A stretch of 64,000 nucleotides of DNA, taken from Paramecium tetraurelia. Lineage: Eukaryota. The notes under the pieces were generated by a model that had not been told where the DNA came from, searched no databases, and worked only from the letters and a program-made list of their open reading frames with translations. The position numbers and the translations under genes are program-made. The stretch is from assembly GCA_000165425.1 (NCBI GenBank), contig CT868019.1:124001-188000 (forward strand), read 5' to 3'. Positions 57,174-64,000 of this stretch are shown piece by piece (positions within the stretch are counted from its first letter, which is position 1; each line of letters starts with the position of its first letter).

Positions 57174-58649
57174 ATGAATAAAATAACTTCGTCAGATCAA
57201 TAATAGCATGTCCATTATTTAGAATACCCCAAGAGATGGATACAATTAGGACTCTTTTTATGTGCACTTCTCTCTAATATCATGTTCGGATTTTCATTAT
57301 CCCCAATAGTAAAGGAGATGTCAATCATCTATGATGTGGATAGCAGGTGAATATTTGAAACTAAAATAGATATTTGTAATTTTTAACAATAAGCTTCACG
57401 GTGTTTTCAGTAATAATGATCATACCTGGAAATATAATTAATGAGAAATATGGAATCAAAATTAGTATAATGATAGGTATGACAATTTTAACTAATTAGG
57501 ATGTATTCTAACTTTTGTTGGGTCAGTGTGTGCCATGCTGATAAATGTTTCATTTTGGTTTTTCTTTTTGGGCTAATTAATATCTTTGATAGGATTTCCC
57601 TTTAGATTAATTAGTGCATCTAAATTTGTTGCCAATTGGTTCTATCCTGAGAAAAGAATCTTGATTATGGTAATCATTGCTTTGTGTTTCAACGCAAGTT
57701 CTGGGATTGCCATTAAAATTCCATTGATTATTATGGGAGATTACGAGATTAAAGATTTGCATACCTAAGCTGAAATTGATGAAGGTAGAAGATTGATGTA
57801 GAATTTGATGATCTTTCTATTTGGTTTAATGACTCTGTTATGTATTCCACCAATCTTCTTTTTCAAAGGCAAAGCCCCAACTCCACCTAGTTTTACAGCT
57901 TCGGATGTAATTTATAGTGTTTTAGTTTAAGCAATGCATAAGAGTTGACTATCGAAAAGCTGGAATAATTGTAGCCAAGAATTTTGATTTTATGTATTTA
58001 ACTATAGGCTTTGCATTTATATTAGGAACTATTACATTATTTACATTATAAATGGAATATCTAATTAAGCCTTTTGATTATACCTTAAAGGATCAAAGCA
58101 ATTTAGTGTTGGCAGGTGTAATTGCTGGTTTAATAGGAGATATTTGTGTAGGTACAGCAATAAAGAAACTGAGATCTTTCAAATTAGTGTTAAGAATTTG
58201 TAACGCTTTAGTAACAGTGTTATTTGCTATTTTGATAGTAGCAATACATGTGAATAAAATATTTTTCTTTATTATGTACTTTCTCGTTTGTGGTTGTTCA
58301 GCTATTATGGCATTAACTTTTGAGTTTTCTTGTGAATTATGTTTTCCAATGAGTGAAAATACTACCATAGCTATGTTGGGATTATTTGGTAACCTAATCA
58401 ATTTTTTTTAAGGATTGCCAGAGATCTTAATATTAAAAGTAAATATCAAATTTAAGATTCAAGGGTGACAACAAATTCTGTTCCACTCTCACTATGATAT
58501 TAATGCTGTGTTTAATTGCTGGAGCCAATTATTTCACAAAGAATGTGGATGAAAATTTGAAGAGACAAAAAAGAGATTTTCAAGAAGATGACGAGGCAGA
58601 ATAAAGAGAAAATGCAATTAGTATGTTAGAGCAGTCTATTTTAAATTGA
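57174..58649 (+). CDS. MFS transporter, FLVCR/SLC49-like
   Basis: EYPKRWIQL, SKFVANWFYPEKR, APTPPS, FEFSCELCFPMSE; multiple TM segments; TGA 58647-49. Confidence 0.9.
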
Positions 58650-58843
58650 ATTAATTTACAATAATTATTAACTTAAACATTTAAAATATTAAATCTAAAA
58701 ATATTCTTATAATAATTTAAATGTGACATTAAAATCTAAGAGAAATAGAAGGAGAGGACATAAACAATATGCATTTAGAGATGATATTGAAGTAAAAACG
58801 ATTTGTATTTCTATTTATTGTGTACGATATTTTAGATAACTTA

Positions 58844-60195
58844 TCATCTGAAATAATATAAAGCTCTTGCTGTTTAGCCTTAGACCTTTGATTCATCTTC
58901 AGTCTATTGAGTCCAGTATTCTTCAAACAAGGCTCTGTCTTCAGCTTTGGTTGCATCAAGCTTTGTAAGTTAAAGATACTCGAAGGTTGGGTGATCTTTC
59001 TAGAAAATTCGAAAAATGAAATACCAAATATTATGGGACTTCAGTTCCTCTCCAGATCCAAGCACCACTGATTTCAAGATTTGGAACATCTCCATAGACT
59101 CCATGGATAGCAAATGCCCATTTCTTAAAGTGTGGATCTGCTCTTTGTAAAAATCCATTGCAATTGTTTCTGAAGGAAATAAGAACTTTTCCTTCACCTT
59201 CTCCCTTAATGTATTTGACAATCCAGATAGACCATCCTTATGAATCAAAGACATTCCAAAAGTGTTAGAATTCAGCAGCTTAGTCCTTTGATGCTAAGAA
59301 TTATCTCTTCCAATCATCAATATTGAAAGTTGATGGTGGTAAGGCATCAAATTCACAGACTTACTTCTTTGGTTTTTCTTCCTCTTCTTCTTCAGCCTTT
59401 TAAGGTTTCTCCTCCTTCTTTGGTTTCTCTTGTTTTGGTTATTATTATTAAGGTTATTTCTCTTTCTTCTCCTTCTTTTCATGATGTTCATGACCGTGGT
59501 GTCCAGCGAATTACAATGCAGGGAATGCCTTCTTTGTATATCTTGTTCTTCCGAATAACTAAATATTATTGATTCAAATACATCTAAGAAAGCTGGAAGT
59601 TCTGAAACTTATTTATACCATCTGACAATATTCACTAACTTAACTCTGTCGTCTTCTCCATAGAGGAATTAGAATATTCCTTAAAAGTATGAAGCTAAAT
59701 TAATGTCAGCTATTGTCAATTAATCACCAACCAAGTATTTACTATTGGCGAAATGAGCTTCCAAAACTTTGAATTTCCAATCCAATTCAGCATGAGCTTA
59801 AGTTGCTTAAGTTGGATTGATTGGAAAATGTCCAAGGACTGGCAACAAGAGTTAAATCAATTATGGCTCGATTTCACCTGTTGCAAAGTCTAACCATTAT
59901 TTGACTTTGGCTTATTGGAATTCATTGGCACCAACCAAAGGAGTACCTCTGACCACATATTAAAGGATGGCGTTGCTTTCAGTCAAAACGCCTTCGGGGG
60001 TCTCTAGAACAGGGACTTTGCCCAATGGATTCTTTGCTAAGAATTCTGGGGTCTAGAATGAATGAAGGTATTGAATACTTCTAAATCTTTCCATTCTAAG
60101 AGGTGGGAAGCAACATCAACATTGGCGAGTTTAGCAGCAGCAAGGATTTTATTTGCTCTAGGATTGCCAGCGATATAATTAAGTTTTAAAGACAT
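58844..60195 (-). CDS. EEF1G: Translation elongation factor 1-gamma
   Basis: GST-like TPEFLAKNPLGKVPVLETPEGVLTESNAI, YLVGDQLTIADI, Lys/Glu linker, C-domain FNIDDWKR..DKDGLSG. Confidence 0.93.
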
Positions 60196-60218
60196 CTTAA
60201 ATCTTAAATTTATTTATT

Positions 60219-62477
60219 TCAATAGGAATTAAACCACCTTGATTTCAACATTGTTTTTTTCTCCATTGAAACAATAGAATTCCTTTCAAGCTTATTTCTC
60301 ACTCTCTCTAACCTAATGTAAGTATTAAATTTATCAAACAATATTCCAAATATCTCCATTTATATTTCATCTAACTATATTTGTATATTTAATACTATCT
60401 GAATATCCCTTTTATTTCATTATATCCCATAATTCTAGCCATTCCTACTAATATTTTAGGCTTATTTTTGTAATCAGTTTATGATAACTTAACTTCAGTA
60501 ATAATTTGGATAAATTTGGTTTCTAAAACAACTATATTCTATCCTTATTAATTCATTTATTATTGTTTTTATATATAACTAATAACAATTAGATCATTTA
60601 GACAACACCCTCATATTAATTATTTATATATAGATAGAAATATTTAATAATATAATCTAAAAATAAGAAGTGAATTAAAAATCATTATTGCAATAAACAG
60701 CCTGGCATTGAATCTAAATCTATAAAGCTAATTTTGATTTAATTTTTTTAATATTGAATTCTATTTGTTAATCCATAATGAGATAGTAGAAATTTTATTA
60801 TTGCAAAAACTAAGCAAGTTGATTTGCTTGAATCCATTATTTCTAGAAAGTTTATATAAGAGTCCATAATTCTTTTAAAATTTTAATCATCTAATTATGA
60901 CTGCTGTTTTTAATAATATTTATTCTCCTGGAACAAATGAACTAAATTTTATCTAATTTTTAACTCCTCAGCTTCAAAAGAAAATTCAAAGCATCTAACC
61001 TACTATATCAATTACTCTTATATTTTCATTATTACATTAGATTTAGTTTGAGATTGTATAAATTTAATAAGATTGACAGATATAAACATTATGACTTGAA
61101 GAGATGATTGGAAAGAACATTATTCGCTTTTAAACTGAATTTAAATTGATTTTTAAAATATCTTCTTGAGTTGATCTTCCACTTTATTAACACTCACCTA
61201 GCTTCTATTTTATACATATTTGCTGGCATTCAACCATATAAAGGCAGCATTAAAGTAGTTATAATCGTCTATTAGGTTATGAAGATTCAAGTATTTATAA
61301 GAAATTACTTTAGCAGTCTTTTCAATCAAATTTAGAGATTTATTTGTCAAACATCTAAAATAATTCTCAACGGCAAGATATTTTTGACAAACTTCTTTAC
61401 ATTATTATTTCTCATTCTAGAGAATCATTACAATCATTTTTGAGTCTGATAAATAATACTCCACTAATTTCACCTTCAAATACCTTCCTGTGTTTTATTG
61501 ATATCCTACATATGTATAATATAAGGAATCCTTGAGACTATTCATAGTATCAAATTTGCAAATCTTAATGCTCAGAAGTTATAGAAGGATGTCTTCCAAA
61601 GTAATTGAACCTGATTAGGTTCTTTGGGAACTTGTTTAATCAATTTAAGTCTATTTAATAATAATGATTTAGTACATTTCGTAAAAACAAACGAAATTCT
61701 TAGTTATTTTAAATCATAAATTCAGATTGAGCTGCTTTGGATTACTGTACTAAATATAATTAATCCTAAGATTTATCGAATTGAACAAACATTGTCCACT
61801 TTTTAACAATTTTGTCCATAATTTAGTACCATTTCATGTTTTCCCTGTATTTTAAATAACTTAATCTCTTATTTCTTTCTTGTTCCCTTCTACAGAAAAA
61901 CACCACCACAAATACGATGACTATCTAAACGGTTATGTAAGCTCCATTTGGACTTGAGAAATCAAATCTAGATATATGCCAAACCAAAATTCCAATCATT
62001 GTTACAGTCTAGAAACACAAAATTGTTCCTTATAAATATATGCCTTTTTAATGAATCAATCAATACATATGTGGCTAATCGCTGCAAAGAATCCGTAATA
62101 CCATTAATATTTGAAATACATCTATGGTATATTGTCCTAGTTTTTGCTCAAGGCGAAAATGTTATAGATAAATGTCACAGTAATTTGCAAAAAAGGATAA
62201 ACGAAATTGGAAAATTAAGGATATTTACTCACAAAATATCTTGAAAGTATGACAGGGAGACTACAAATAAGACCGTATAGAGCATAATAGTAATTAGATT
62301 CGCTAATGAAGGACAAAACAATAAATGTTCCAACAAACTAAGTATATTATGTATTTTATTTACCAAAATGAGGGTTGTCAATGTCTTATATTCATTTATC
62401 ATATATGGTTAATAATTTATTCTATACTCTTACTCTATTTCAGGGACAATAAACGTGAGGAACATCTTGTGAAGCAT
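60219..62477 (-). CDS. Multi-TM sensor-like protein with degenerate histidine-kinase-like architecture
   Basis: MLHKMFLTFIVPEIEQEY, TM cluster, PAS-like segment, N-box-like ISVNLIKFIQ, possible receiver-like tail; no HELRTP or DxGxG. Confidence 0.65.
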
Positions 62478-62786
62478 TTTAGTAACAAATAATAAATATT
62501 GATAATTGAAAATTAAAAATTTAGATTATTAAAATTAATCTTATCAAATTATTTAATGCAAGATGTTAAGAATACGTAAGAAATCATTAAATATTATTTA
62601 AATTTTATTTTAGAAATAATATATTTTTAAGCTATTTAAGCTCTTCTGAATTAATTCTATGAACTAAAAATTATATTTCTAATAAGATGCAATTTTATAG
62701 TGGCGAATATTTTAATTAAGGAGAAGTCAAATATAAAAATATCACTTCTAAAATATCAATAAATTATATACATTTCATAATGTAAC

Positions 62787-64000
62787 TCAAATCTATAATT
62801 CTTAAATTGATTAATTTATTGTTTAACAATAATTTGCTTACTCTTGACTTTCAGTTTTATTTTTAGTTTTTGTTTTCAATTTGTTTATGAACTCTTAATG
62901 CAAAGGGTAAATTTATCTTTTGTTCATTAAAAACTATTTTATTCAAGAAATTACTTTCAAAAATTTAGAAGTGATTAATGAATTAGCAATCGATTCTTAT
63001 AATTCTATTTATTTGTTTTGCTGTTGCTTATTTACCCTATTGAAATATTTAAGCATTTTCTTATTTTATAAATTATTCGTTTTTCTCTTACTTATTTGTA
63101 GAATCCATTATTCGATTTCATTCTGCATCGTAACTGGATTTCGTTTACCATAATCATCCCATATATACATATGATTATCCTCAAACGTTGATTGCGTTTC
63201 AGGTTCCTCCATCTTAATAAAATTATCGAATATCTAATCCATTGGAAATAAATATTGAGCAATCCCTAAACTCAATTGAAACCAAACCAAATAATGGATT
63301 TCATTTTATAAAAGAATTTACCAAATGCAGTTTCCTATAGAGAATAACAAAATTGCCAACTCTATATATGTATCCACCTATTCATCAGCCAATTAACTGC
63401 CTATTGTTGGACCCTTTGAATACCGATAGATTAATAGGTATTTTTCAACCCAATAATCTATGACGATAAAACTTAAAGATATTAAAACCCCTAATGGAAT
63501 GAGTTGAGCATAAAATAGAGATAGCATTAAAGTTTTTGTTATGGTAGCATACTTTTTTGATAAATCTCCAGGCGAGCCTTCAAAAAGTAAATTAGCTTCT
63601 CTCTATGTTAGCGCACAAGTCTATCCCTAATTTTATGACTTTCTGATTTAATATTATCTATAAAAGTAATATGGATCCAATATATTAAATAACCAAGGGA
63701 ATATTGCATTCATGATCAAGACTAAACAAACATCGGATATTAATCCTCCATCTTTCCAAGTTTAAGTTAATATATCCTGATCATTTAATGCTACATTTAC
63801 TAATAGTGGAATTATGGCTGTGTTAAGAAATTAAGCCTATTTAATTATTCAATTAATTACTATGCCTAATTTATTAGCAAAACTGATATTGAATTCGGTT
63901 TAGGTTGAATGCAACTCCAGCGATACAAACTTTTTGATTAACAATCCCATAATGTTATTTAATATTGAGATTATGAAAGAAGCTATTAATCCAAAAACTG
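62787..64000 (-). CDS. Second OSCA/TMEM63-like channel (5' end outside the window)
   Basis: FLNTAIIPLLV, GGLISDV..MNAIFPWLFNILDP, KKYATITKTLMLSLFYAQLIPLG..YWVEKYLL, DYGKRNPVT. Confidence 0.85.

Overview
This is gene-dense, very AT-rich eukaryotic DNA from a ciliate macronuclear chromosome, almost certainly Paramecium. TAA/TAG read as Gln and TGA is the only stop: for example, ubiquitin begins ATG TAA ATT TTT GTT = MQIFV. Genes are split by tiny 20-30 nt GT..AG introns and intergenic gaps are often only 20-100 bp, so the supplied standard-code ORF track shows only fragments. By manual translation with the ciliate code I can support about 41 protein-coding genes. Signalling genes: a CDPK, a CAMK-type kinase with an adjacent pseudokinase paralog, an ankyrin-AGC kinase, a Hippo/MST kinase with a SARAH-like helix, an intronless hybrid histidine kinase, a degenerate histidine-kinase-like protein, ARFRP1, Rab7 and an RA-PH-like protein. 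Calcium, cytoskeleton and membrane genes: a giant HU-CCDC81/EF-hand protein, centrin, kinesin, FAM184, two OSCA/TMEM63 channels and an FLVCR-like MFS transporter. Methyltransferase-family genes: NTMT1, CARNMT1 and an MTA9-like inactive MT-A70 subunit. Housekeeping and RNA-binding genes: RPL18A, ubiquitin-RPL40, EF-1 gamma, mitochondrial ACP and a tandem CCCH protein. There are also several orphans and probable decaying gene relics. I found no RNA genes, transposons, telomeric tracts or CRISPR. Coordinates run start codon to stop codon including introns and were derived by eye; domain calls come from remembered motifs, not database searches.
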